The translations under genes were made by a program, and so were the position numbers. The notes beneath the pieces were generated by a model. The model saw only the letters and a list, made by a program, of their open reading frames with translations, made no database searches and was not told the origin of the DNA. DNA of 64,000 nucleotides from Paraphysomonas bandaiensis (Eukaryota > Protista > Chrysophyceae), in the NCBI GenBank assembly GCA_965644295.1, contig CBFFRP010000434.1, positions 62,001 through 126,000 of the forward strand, read 5' to 3'. This document shows positions 51,901-64,000 of this stretch, in pieces; the first letter of the stretch is position 1, and every line of letters begins with the position of its first letter.

Positions 51901-54900
51901 TCATGAGAATACGATGCTGATATCCATAGGCCATCTGACCCTTTGCTACGACACTGCGCATGCATTCGAGAAGTTTGCTGCTGCTGTTCCGGAGCCTGTG
52001 TGCCTCGTCAACAACCACCGCTCTCCAGGGAACCTCTGCTAACTCCTCGTAATCCTTGATGAGATCGTCGTAAGTAGTAATTAACACCTGAAACTTCAAA
52101 AGGCGTCTGGACCGACCCTTATAATACCATTCAAATTCTCTAATCACATCACGCATATCTCGCCCTCCGCCCATGTCGTGATATAGGCACGTCACCATAC
52201 GTGTCCACCCTTCTGTCTCGCGCTTCCAGTGTTCTATTGTAGAAAGAGGTACACAAACCAGAAAAGGACCGCGAATATTCTCCGTCTCACACAGATGGTC
52301 TAAAAAAGCCACTACTTGAACAGTTTTTCCCAGACCTGGATATACACTTATGATCACTACAAGTATAACGCATCACACCCTACCCATCTCATCAGCAAGG
52401 ATTGAAGATTGCTTCGAATACCAGCACCGCAGGAGCCAATTCAAACCATCCAGCTGGTAATCTCGAAGCCGACCACCCGAAAAATACTCTTTCGACTGAG
52501 TGTGCAGTTTAGATTGCCAAGCCTCATTTTTCTTAGGTGCTGCTCGTCAAGTGTTAATGACGTTTTCAAGTGCTGACATATTCATGTACCTACTACGTCT
52601 TCATCTGCTCCATTGTCTTCCTTCTTATCATCAACAGTCTGTCGAGCCCATCGCCACTTAAATCCTCCCCCATTATCTAATCTGTTTCCAAGCACAGCAT
52701 TGATGCTGTACACGGGTATGTTCAGAGCCCGTGACGCTTGGTTAGGAGTGTCCCAAACGCGCATAACTTCCCCTACAGAACACCTCATAAGCCCCCCCCC
52801 ACAGAACCATAACACTAGTTTTCACCTGATGCAAGATCCACTTGCTCCACTTTCCTCGTTCCAACGTCTTGTACTTGCTGCTGTCCCATTCCCAGTTCAA
52901 CGATGTAATTCTGCCACTCACTGCGCAATGGGGGAAACTCAGACTCATTCACTGCCCTCAGAAGTCGACCCAATGGCCCATCTCCTGCCTCTAGCTCTTC
53001 TCGAGGGCGCCATTCCTTATCGTTACTCTTCTGCTTATGTTCCCATTCATCTTCTTCCTCATCAGACGAGCTCGAATGAGAGGCTTCAGACGAATCTGAT
53101 GACCCAGATGCGCTCTCAATATCGCTGTCGGAGTCACTGCTGTGTTCTGAGTGAATGGCGCCATCTAGATCACGAGTACTCTTGTTCACATTTTCGTATT
53201 CTTCTTCGAATGCCTCTTCCAGCAACTCCAGTCGTTTTCGAGTTAGGGTGCCCTCATATTCAACCATTTCCTGTAGAGCTCTACAATCATCGCTCACACG
53301 GGGGATGTCGCCGTCCATAACCACATTGAAGTGGGTCTTGCCTGCACCCTCTGTCTTAACTACCACATCTCCAGTATCGTAATCTTCTTCGTATACAAAG
53401 TTGAGTCTGCTATCGCGCCCTCGAAGCTTTATAGCTGCGACATCATACGCCTTTGCTGCCTCTTCTTCTGATTCAAAGGTACAACCTGAACCCCCTACAG
53501 GAATTATATTATACTGCTCATCGGCAATCTCTGCCCGATATCGACCGCATGGTAACTTCGAGACGCCGAAGAACCGACTTCGGTGAGGAATCGGTTTCTT
53601 GCTAACCACCTCGCTAGAAAGGCCTGCTAAAAAAGACTCCACGTGGCTTTGGGCAGCAGACTGAAGTCTTAAAAATCGCAGATAAAAATAAGGTTGGCCT
53701 TTAACTGAAAGCAATTTGATTATCTTTTTAAACCCCAAGTGTGTTATATATAACCCGTTTATCCCGACCAGAATATCGCCTATTTTAATTTTTCCAGTAG
53801 CTTCTGCGGGACCCAGGCCGCCATCGGATTTCTTGCGGAACCCCAACACAACTACTCTATCCCTGTAGTCGCCAATATTCATAAAGAGTCCACTGTCGCC
53901 CTTTGCCACACACACCTCAATCTCATTCGACTTCAGTGGTGGTCTATTGGGGCAAGGTAAGATAGTTCCTCGAGATATGGAGTGAATCATATCGCTCAAA
54001 GTTGATGCCACCTCACTCCTTGTGTAGTCGGTACCAGAGGGTGCCCAGTATGTCTGCCTGACCATGCTGGGAGGAACCACCGCAGTAGACTCGTCGTGTC
54101 CTTCGGGTTCCTTGTGCTTCTTTCTATTCAGCTGTCGTGCCTCAAATGCAGCACGTGCAGCATCGAGGGACTCCTCCGCTGTAAGCCCGCGTGTTTTTTT
54201 CCTATGCTTTGTCCTAAACTTCTCCCAGTCATCTTCTTCGCCTTCTTCACTATTTTCAGGATCAGTACTACTGTTTGCAATAGATATATCATCGTCATCT
54301 TTCGCTTCTGCACTATTTTCTGCACCGTCTTCTCCCCCGTCCACATCCATATCATTATTTGAACCTTCATCATCCGCTGCGGAGGATTTTACTTCACCAT
54401 TATTTAATGCGCTGTTATTTCCCTCGCCACCATCAGAACCCACGTTTTTCGTATTCGTAGCAACAAAGAGTTTATCCAGCACATTCGCGGTCGCCTCAGT
54501 GATTCGGGAACGCTCTTGTGCACCATACACACTGGCGAATGCCGCGGGCCCACACTCCCTTACCAGTGCCTCCGGAGGGGCTGTATTGAATCGCAGAAAA
54601 TGTAGTGCACGCATTTGAGAGTAGACTGCAGCGTCAAGGTCCCGGATAGCACTAGGGGCATGAATGGCAGGGTACTTTTGATTCCGTCGCTCCTTTGCTA
54701 GTTCTGCACCAATCTCCGCTTGAGTTAACGGGGGTTCCTCGGGTGGGGTGTCATTAAGTGTATGATAGTCCGCAATGGCCTGGTCGTCATTTATGTCCTT
54801 AGGGGTTTCCCATGTGCAGTCTCGGTAGGAAAGTCCTCGCCACTTAACGAGGTATTTTTTCACCCTTACACAACGTATCTTTCTCTCCTTTGCGGACTCG

Positions 54901-56577
54901 ATCATTTTCCGTGCCTCATCCTCAACACTCGCGCTTAGTGCCCGAGCACCAGACCTTTTTAGCCAATCTGTGCAATGGGGACACACCCACGCATCTTCCG
55001 GTACCGCGGATAAAGGGGGATTTAGACAGAATATATGATACCCGGCATCGCAATGATCACATAGCAGCATGAGGTCATCTTGACCATCTTTTAGACAGGA
55101 CCTACAGGTGCTCTCCCAAGGACGTGCCACTGGATCGGTCATGTATACCAACCCCTCCTGGAAAGAGAGAACCCAAGCTTGGTAAAGACGCTCAAATACT
55201 AGAGAGAGCGCATGAGCGCAGTACCATATCTGGCTCTTGTGCAGATTGTACACCTTGCAGTTTTTCCATATTTGTCTAACGTCCATGGCGAACTTCGTGT
55301 ACTGTTGACCTTTGTATGCGCCACTCTCGAGTTTTTTTCTGACATCCTCTAAAGACATAGGCTCGGCTACGACATCTAAATAGTCATCATATTCCTCAGT
55401 GTCCACGGGGTATCGAAAACTTGATGCGTAGGGATCTTCCCAAAGTCGGTCTAAAACCCGTCTGCACCTCTCTTGAGGCTGCCATATCTGGCTGCGGAGA
55501 AGAACAACCTCATCTCCATCTTCATTAACCCGTGGGGCGCAGAGGGAGAGATCAGGAGTGGACAGAGAACCACGTGTGTTATGTGCAGGAGTGGAGGGGG
55601 CGGTGGTGGAAGCTAATGGAGGGGGAGCAACAGACCCTGCTTCAACAACTTCAGGGGCTTCATCCTCCACCGATTCGTATACCTCTTCTTCTCGCATGTC
55701 AAGAATCTTTTCGATCTCCGTGAAACTATGTCACCACATACATTACGTTATTAAATGAGCAAAAATACTGCAGAGTGTACACACCTAGGATCGAATTCCC
55801 CATCCTCCTGGGCAGTGGGATCGCCTTTATCAATTTTATTCAAATAACGATTGAGCGCCATCTTGCTACGAGCACTCATTGTGTCTATCTCATGAGCTGA
55901 GAGCCATTGGCAGTGCAAATAGGACATACTCTTGTACTTTATTAAGTACTCATAATCAAACTTGGAGTCCATAGCAGAAAAATTTGAGTGCTTTCCGGCT
56001 GCAAACAGCACACATGTGTCATTACACAAAGTCGGCACATCACACAGGACGTACGTGATGAGTTTCGCCATCTTTTTCCAGTTTTCCTGGGTCTCCTTCC
56101 AAATATTAGTTGAATTTTAAGAGTGCCATCTTCATCCTATTCATATATAATGATAAATCAACACCACACTCAAGTATATAAAACAAAATTTTTACTCTTT
56201 CTGGCTCAAAAGGAAAGCGATTTCTGATAGTACGAGACTCCTCAGCCGCTGACTGCTGCCCAGTGAGCATGCTCCTCGATGTGAAAGTATAATCACAATA
56301 GGCACATTCCTTAATAGACACAGCTAAGAAAGCGCCACATCCAGGGCACTCTTTGGTCCTAGCCTTTCCTTTTCCTGTAGATTTAGGCGCAGAAGGGCGA
56401 CGCACTTTCTCATCATCACTGAAGTCAATATCCGAGAAACCTCCTGTCTGGAAGTCTCCACTATTGAAAATATAACAGGTTTACGAAAAACTATGACACA
56501 GACACGTATAAATACCTGTATCGTGTAGACCTCCGCGTCCGCTTGTTGCCTCCTACCTCATCTACGCTTGTAGTCAT
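48925..56577 (-). CDS. CHD-family (CHD6-9/Kismet-like) SNF2 chromatin remodeller with Zn-ribbon, chromo, bromo, PHD, PDZ, AP2 and NUMOD1-like domains
   Basis: [120 protein letters not shown]; chromodomains [15 protein letters not shown] and [16 protein letters not shown]. Confidence 0.92.
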
Positions 56578-57337
56578 CGCTAATAGCTAGTCAGCGTTGC
56601 TGTAAACAACACAGCAGTCAGTACATATGTCTAAGTGAATATATCAATCCACACACACTATTAAGGATAAAAACGCAACTAGTGTACACACGACTCCATT
56701 GTGTCCCTCTGGACACACACATTACACTACACACCAAACCACAACTAGAAACCATATATTCCAATAACTCCCATCTACCCTCACCAATACACATACCTGG
56801 CTCTTGCCAAAGCCAACTGGACCAGATAAGGTTCGGTTTATTTCAAACTTCAAACCCGTTACGATTTGAATCCTCTGTGTGAGATGCCTGTACTTGTCCT
56901 CAGATCAAACCAGCCCGCTATACCATCTACTCCTGTACGTACAGATTGCACGCAGTATAGTACTGTACGCCTACAGTAGATTTCATACTCTGTCCGCATG
57001 ACACTGCTGCTATACATACATACCGAGTGTAGTGTTCTTTTTTTTCTTCAATTATTACTATTCGAATTTTCAAATCGAGATGTGTCTGCTGCTTGTACTC
57101 ACACCCTGCACTTCACTTGGTACAATTGTACTGCTGTACATATTGTAGATGTACATGTACACCTGCAGTACATCTACTGTACGCTGTATCTTCATGTAGG
57201 AAAACCTGCAAACAGAAAAGCCATGATTTTTTTCTGACTTTAGTGAGATGAAAATAACCCAACACAGAGCCTCAGCTACATTCACCTAGAAGTGAGTCTG
57301 CCCCATAGAGGTTGACTTACTGTGCCTGTTCCTGTTC

Positions 57338-58692
57338 ATGCACATGATGCAGTGGTGCGGCTGGTTGTGGGCTTGTAGTTTACTGCTCCATTCCTTGTTC
57401 TCGACAGCGAATCCGCACACTAACATGAGCTCTCATTTCAACAAACATTTGCCTGCATCAAATGCTGATGTGGATAGTTTGTTCCCTAAGTATCATCGCT
57501 GTATCGACTCCGGTGAAGCTTACAGTGCAGCCTACTTTATTACCAGAGCACATCTGCTGGAGACTAAAACTAACTATACTTTAGAAAGAGTGAACTGCGA
57601 AATGGGATCTTTTATTATGATGAACCAAAGAAGGCATATGAAACCTGGCATGATCGGTGCAGTCACCCAGTCACTTGATGTGCTGGACTTCTCTGTTATT
57701 CACCTCTCAGGCTATGAAAGGTTGATCAGGCGCTACTGGGGATCACTTCGTTCCCAGAGGTTGTTCACTACAACAACATCGAATGATGTAGCTAAGAATA
57801 TTGGCAAGGCGACAGCACAAGTACTTGCTACTATGCCAGAGCGGTCTCGAATGACCATGAACGTGTCTAATAAGGTATGACTATGTGCTGTGTGTCAGAG
57901 AGTAAAGGGTTTCTGCAGTTAAACCGCACGGTAGCTATAATGCCGTTCTTAGGAAGTACAGTCGGGGCAGGCCACTCTGTACTCGCAAACCGCTATGAGT
58001 ATCTAAAAGCATGTTTTTGGAGTATATATGCGCATATTTCACACATAGTGGTTGCTGTAACGAGTTCCGAAGATTATAAATACTGTAGACATAAGAGTGG
58101 ACTTCCCTTTTTCGACGTACTGCTTCTCGATAACCTGCCAAAAGTTGCTGCCTTACCAGTAGCTACCAGTATTGCAGTGAAGGATAGATTGATCGATGGA
58201 CGTTATGATTTTGACTATATATATTTTACCGAAAGTGATCAGGTGAATCTAACTCGTATGAAGACTGTGTGGAGCTGACGGTTTTTCCATATTAGATTTT
58301 ACTAATGCGAAGACCTCAAGACCTATTTGACATATTGCACCGGTTTCCACGGTATGTCCTTCTCCCTCACCGACTTGTTACGTATCCAAAATCGGTATAT
58401 ATTCAAATTTTATACTCTAATAAAGAGTTTAATGTATCTTTTATAGGTGATGAAAGGCGTTGTTCGTCGGCCCGTTGTATCAGTTTCAGATCCGAGTATG
58501 GATTGGGTGAATATGAGCTGTTGTCTTCCTCGACAAAATTGCCAGTCAAGAGTGGACTGGGTGGGCATCAAGAGCAATAATGTGTCAGTTCTTCCTATGT
58601 TCAATCTGAATGTAGCATTAGGGAATGCTAATTTCATTCTAGAAAGATTTCGTGCTTGTTCGTTAACAAGTCGAGTTAGTGTGTGTCCATGA
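57338..58692 (+). CDS. Secreted/type II membrane hypothetical protein, possible GT-A glycosyltransferase-like, multi-exon
   Basis: Signal/anchor N-terminus; TVAIMPF...YLKACFWSI...IVVAV...FDYIYFTESDQ (DxD-like)...LLPHRL; Cys-rich tail. Confidence 0.55.
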
Positions 58693-59838
58693 TACAGCGA
58701 GTACTATTTTGTTTTATATAAATAATAACTATTATGTACCATTATTGTTAGTTATTGTATAATACTTACTTCGGTTTAGATATACTTTCAAAATAAGCTG
58801 TTTTTCTAATCATACAGACAAGTATGCAATTGGTATCATTCCTTTACACTTCACCCCTCAACCATAAATGACGTGGGCAGAGGGTAGAGTGCATTCTACT
58901 GCAAGTGCAATGGAAAAGTGCTAATACACTTATCATTTATAATACCACAGCCTCCCCGTATTTCTGAAAAGAGCGTATCCATCAATTTCTTCCTCTTCCC
59001 TCCCCACGTTTTACAGTGGTACTATATATCTATATATAATATATACATATATGCCTGGTTAATTCACCCATAAGAGACGTAGGCTATGTAAATCTTTATT
59101 ACAAAACTTGCTTGAAAAATTAAAAATGTTTTATTATATTTTATGTATTACACTACTTTCTATTATATATATTGTGTTGAAAATACGATGATTTCAAAAT
59201 ATTGTGTATCACATGATAAAATCAGTTGTAGGACTGAATCTATACTACTCACTGACTGTAGGAAATTGTTGACTATCATTATCGGAACATGTATGCTTAC
59301 CTTGATATGAATATTATCAAAGTTGGATGAGTGGTAGAAAGTAGAAAGTAGTAAGCAGTAAGAAAGTTTATCTACGTCGACAAGTTTTTATGTTTTGACA
59401 AGGGATGACACTCTCTCCTTATCCCAAAGTTAAATTGTAGCCTATCCTCACGATGTGCAAATGCCAAGCATATTAAAACCGGAGGCTTACAGATCTGTCA
59501 CCCGGGATAATATGGGGCTGTAGCTAGATACTTTCCCGGTGACGATAGGAGTATTCTTGAACTAACAAACACGCAACACGCAAAGATAGGGTTGGATAGT
59601 CTATAAATAAAACTGCAAGAACAAAAACAAATAAAATCACACTCCGGTTACAGTTATTTTTGCAATATAACATCATAAGATAAGAGCAACTACCTAGCAA
59701 TTACATGAACCACGGCAGACTAATTGCTACTCTTGTATTCTCACAGTCAAACTCAAAATAACAATGAAAACTGAGATTTATAAGACGTGAACAGGAGATA
59801 GCGGGTGTCGTGCTAAGCTCTTATTTGTAGTTCCTCTC

Positions 59839-61491
59839 CTAATGGTGTCCGCTCTTGGTTTCCTCGGAACCCGATTCGGGCTTGCCGCCAGCAGAGCGAC
59901 GAGGATAATACTTCTCTCTGAGCTTGTGATCGATTTTTCCAAGAAGATTCTGGGGGAAGGTTCTGAGGAGATCCCAAGCAAGGTCCAGACTCTCGAATAC
60001 ATCTCTGTTCTGGTAAGGGCCCTGGGCGATAAATTTGCCCTACACATACAGCACATATTAACAACCTATACAGCGGAAGTTGCACAAATTACCTCGAACT
60101 TCTCAACAAATTTGATAAAGAGGTGATCCTCCAAGGAGAGAGCTTCCTCTCCGACAACAGCCTTCATGGCCATAACGTCCTTGCCTCTAGCGTATGAGGC
60201 GTACAGCTGATTGGAGACAGCACCATGGTCATCACGGGTCATGCCCTTACCGATGGCAGATTTCATCAGACGGGACAGGGATGGGAGCACGTTAATAGGA
60301 GGGAAAATCTCCTTAGTGTGGAGCTTTCTGTCCAGGTAGATCTGCCCCTCCGTGATGTATCCAGTAAGGTCAGGAATAGGATGGGTGATATCGTCGTTAG
60401 GCATGGTGAGGATAGGCAGCTGGGTAATAGAACCATTTCTCCCAACAATACGTCCGGCTCTCTCGTATATAGTAGAAAGATCGGTGTACATATATCCAGG
60501 ATAACCTCTGCGTCCGGGCACTTCCTCCCTAGCAGCAGACACCTCACGAAGGGCGTCAGCGTATGATGACATATCTGTCAGAATACAGAGCACGTGCAAG
60601 TCACGTTCGTATGCAAGGTACTCTGCCGTGGAAAGGGCAAGGCGTGGAGTAATAATACGCTCGATGGTAGGATCGTCAGCAAGGTTGAGGAAAAGGGCAG
60701 TACGTTGCATAGCACCAGACTCTTCGAAATCGTTACGGAAAAATCTGCTCGTTTCCATGTTAACACCCATGGCACCGAAGACGATGGCGAAGTTGTCCTC
60801 GTGACCGTCGAGAGTATCCTTAAGCCTCACAAGAGAAGCCTGACGACAGATCTGCGCTGCGACTTCATTGTGGGGAAGACCCGCAGCAGAGAAGAGAGGG
60901 ATTTTCTGACCACGAGCAATAGAGTTCATTACATCGATGGCAGAGATACCAGTCTGGATCATGGCCTTTGGGTAGTCACGGCTCGAAGGGTTGATGGGCA
61001 TACCCATGATATCGAGGTAATCCTCCGCAAGTACTGGAGGAGCTCCATCGATTTGCTTTCCAGAACCATTGAAAGCTGCATATCAATAGTTGTAAGCACA
61101 TGAAAACAATGAAACAAATAAACTTACATCTTCCAAGCATCTCTTCAGATATGGGCATCTTCAGAACATCACCAGAAAATTTACATCTGGTATGGGTGTT
61201 ATCAATTCCAGAAGTTCCCTCAAAAATCTGTACAACAGCCTTCTTTCCAGCGACCTCAAGCACCTGACCGGATCTGACTTCACCATTTCCAAGTGTGACG
61301 TTAACGATCTCGGCGTATCTGGGCTTCTTGACATTCTCTAAAATGACGAGAGGACCATTGACACCAGCGATGGTTCTATACTCCAACTTGGGGTCGACAC
61401 TGTAGTCTCTGATGGCAGCAGCTGCGTTGATCTGTGCAGCACTCATGCCGGAGCCACCTGTCATGAAAGCGGGATCGTTGAAAGCAGACAT
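59839..61491 (-). CDS. VMA2: V-type proton ATPase subunit B, 3 exons
   Basis: [113 protein letters not shown]. Confidence 0.98.
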
Positions 61492-61973
61492 CTGTTCAAT
61501 AGAAACCGTGAATCAATTTCAGCGGATATATCGTAACCACTACCTTGGCTTATAGAGAGCAATATCCGTAACACAATGTCTAATCTGATGATGCAATCAG
61601 TGTATCAATGCACTGCCACTGCCTCTGCCTGTGCAATAAGTCTGTCGATACACACATAGAACAACCCTTTTTTTTCATCTCATGTGTAAGTCGCAAGAGC
61701 GTATCTTCAACCATCACTCATTTTCAGTTTTGAGGATGGTTGCGTAGATGCCGTATGAGATGCGGAACAAACATACACATCCGTGCAGCTGACTGTATAC
61801 AGTGGAGAGATGTGTGTATTGTGTATAGTGATTCAGGTCATCCTCATCTTATTCACACACACTCCCCATATACCATATATAATCAGCACGAGACAAGGGA
61901 CCGATATAAAAGGCTGTCCTGTATCACTGTTTTACGTTAGAATTATTTAGCCCTATTGGATTAGTTTTAACAA

Positions 61974-63059
61974 ATGAGAATAAGAGATCTCTTTCCTATT
62001 GCCACAGCTGCCAATCTGTTAGCTCATGTCGTAGGACTTCAGTGCTCCAACTTTGATTCAAATATGGGGGCTACTTTTGACCTCACAGATCTCGTTAGGT
62101 GTGTTGATATTGATTGGCTTTATACGAGTGTCATGTATTTCCAGGACATCCGACGAGCCCAGCTATATGGTAACTGATGGGGATATTCCATGTACTACAG
62201 ACGTAAGTTATACATGCGATAATTATACATGCGATAATGATATACACTTCAGGTTGTAGAACAAAACTTCACTTACATGTTCAACATTTGCGGTACTGTG
62301 GCGGGTGGTGTTCCCTCTGCTTGCGCAACTCTCACTGGACTGAGCAAGGCCGGAGCACTTCAGATTGACAAAAATATCCTCAGTGACCCATCAGATGACT
62401 ACTGTTTCCTTGCGGGTGCTTATGGTGACCAGGCAACTACTCTGGGACTTCTAGATCAAGAGGATCCTACGAAAGGGCTTGCGCTCACTTACTATGGAGC
62501 CTACTGTAATAGCCCCGCTGTTCAACGTCGCTTCCGCATCGAGCTCATTTGTGCAGACAAGTTGAATCCTATTCCTACCCATGCACTAGAGTACGAACAT
62601 TGCTCCTACACTGTGACAATGCCTTCTGTTTACGGATGTCCATTGGAGTGTCCTGTTGCCAACAGAGAACTCTGCGGAGGCAATGGACACTGTGCATATG
62701 ATCAGGACAAAGCTTCCGCTCGGTGCTTCTGTAACCATGGTATACCCCTGTAGTATTAATGTTTAATATATGTAATGTGTACGCACTATGCAGGATACAA
62801 GGGTAAGGACTGCAGTACGAAGTCTTCAAGTAGCGGCGACGATCTTAACTACTCCCCAGCACTGTTGGGTCTTATCATCACCCTCTTTGTAATCATTGCC
62901 CTGCTGGTAGGCGGCATATTCCTCATGATTCGCCAACTTGCCGCTTACAAAGAAGATATGACAAACTATCAGGTAACTGTTTTCGATAGCTTGGTGTCAT
63001 TGTTATGTACTGACATTTTGTCGTAGGCGTTGAAAGGAGATGAATCTGAAGCAATATAA
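61974..63059 (+). CDS. Type I membrane protein with mannose-6-phosphate-receptor-homology (MRH/ATG27-like) and EGF-like domains
   Basis: Signal peptide; GATFDLTDL, FNICG, GLALTYYG..C...RRFRIELIC...CSYTVTMPSVYGCP (MRH); CGGNGHC...CFCNHGYKGKDC (EGF); TM helix; tail with YxxPhi (YQAL). Confidence 0.8.
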
Positions 63060-63809
63060 AATGTATTTGTAACGCCTTGACGTCACAGTCGTAATCTAGA
63101 CCCGTTAGTTGAGCATGGGAGCAGTTAGCGCGGTGTTAGTAGTGTTATTGTTCAAATAATGTGCGGTCCTGTACTTCCGTAGTCAAGTTCTGTATAGAAT
63201 TGTATTAGCGGCCGGGCTTTATAATAACTTCTTATTCCTACTATCTGAATTAGGCTCCCACCAATTTTTTACTGTTCTAGCTACTATAAGATATATATAT
63301 CCGCTAGGAATGAACAACATCAATAAAAAGATGAAAAAAAGTACTTTTGTAGAGAATGATTTTATATGTAAGATGAAGACTGCTGAGTACTGCAGTATGA
63401 TGCGCTATGCGATCTGTATTGTGCAATAGAAGTGAGTAAGTAGTGTGCAATACGTAACGGGTGAATATAGTTACAATGAAGTCAATTCAGTTACTAATCT
63501 GTGACTATATAACAAGATATAGGAGTGACTGGTGAACACATGATAAACACATGTGATTGCCAACAGATGTCCAACAGATGTAATATGAAGTTGAAATTAA
63601 TAATACTCTAAAAGGTCAGTTGTCTATCTTCTCCAGCCGCTCTATGCGGCAGCCAAACAGCCAAATGATTCAAGACCGCAGTCGCTGGCACGTTACCACA
63701 TCCAAGGGGTCACACGCCAGAACAGTAGAAACACACGACGGAAACCGATGGTGCAACAAGGACACCTAGCTCACCCCACGCGACTACCTCTAACCCCTGC
63801 ACAAGTGGG

Positions 63810-63979
63810 AAGCACTTGAGATGTTCACCTTAAGGACTCAAAAATCCTGAAGTCAGTAGATGTCAGGTATATCAACATTCCTCTTGATCACTGTGTTTTC
63901 TTTGAGCGATAGAGCGAAAATGGTTGCACCTTGGTGCTTGCGGTGACACACAAGCTACTTTCGTAGCGTTAAATAGTAG
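63810..63979 (+). mobile_element. Copy 4 (3' part) of the dispersed repeat, with a ~70-bp insertion
   Basis: AAGCACTTGAGATGTTCACCTTAAGGACTCA...AGAGCGAAAATGGTTGCACCTTGGTGCTTGCGGTGACACACAAGCTACTTTCGTAGCGTTAAATAGTAG aligns to 43660-43758. Confidence 0.75.
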
Positions 63980-64000
63980 AATATCAGAGTTAAGCACTAG

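Noticed and set aside
59497-59543. Inverted repeat GTCACCCGGGA...TCCCGGTGAC enclosing a tRNA-like GGGGCTGTAGCT
   Set aside because: No cloverleaf or B box; too short to assign.

Overview
Eukaryotic nuclear DNA with short GT-AG introns; the gene set suggests a stramenopile, possibly a chrysophyte-like ochrophyte (inference). About 15 intron-containing protein genes are present: GCK/STE20 kinase, PH protein, EF-hand Na+/Ca2+ exchanger, tRNase Z, 2OG-Fe(II) oxygenase-like protein, IGHMBP2-type helicase, TBL/SGNH-like protein, KH protein, an unusual multi-domain CHD remodeller, V-ATPase B, an MRH/EGF receptor and several hypotheticals. The dominant feature is a ~14.6 kb tandem array (25.9-40.5 kb) of a ~255 bp unit. 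It is not a plain satellite and the repeated 70-74 aa ORF is spurious: each unit carries, on the minus strand, a ~111 nt U14 (SNORD14/snR128) box C/D snoRNA with box C, domain A, a Y-domain-like stem-loop, domain B and box D. I count about 58 copies, about 54 with box C, and each is flanked by plausible splice signals. The window also holds a ~360 bp dispersed repeat whose 5' end resembles an HDV-like ribozyme, a solo LTR nested in one copy of that repeat, CAGGG-ended hAT MITEs, a fossil hAT transposase and a ~570 bp (TACA)n tract.
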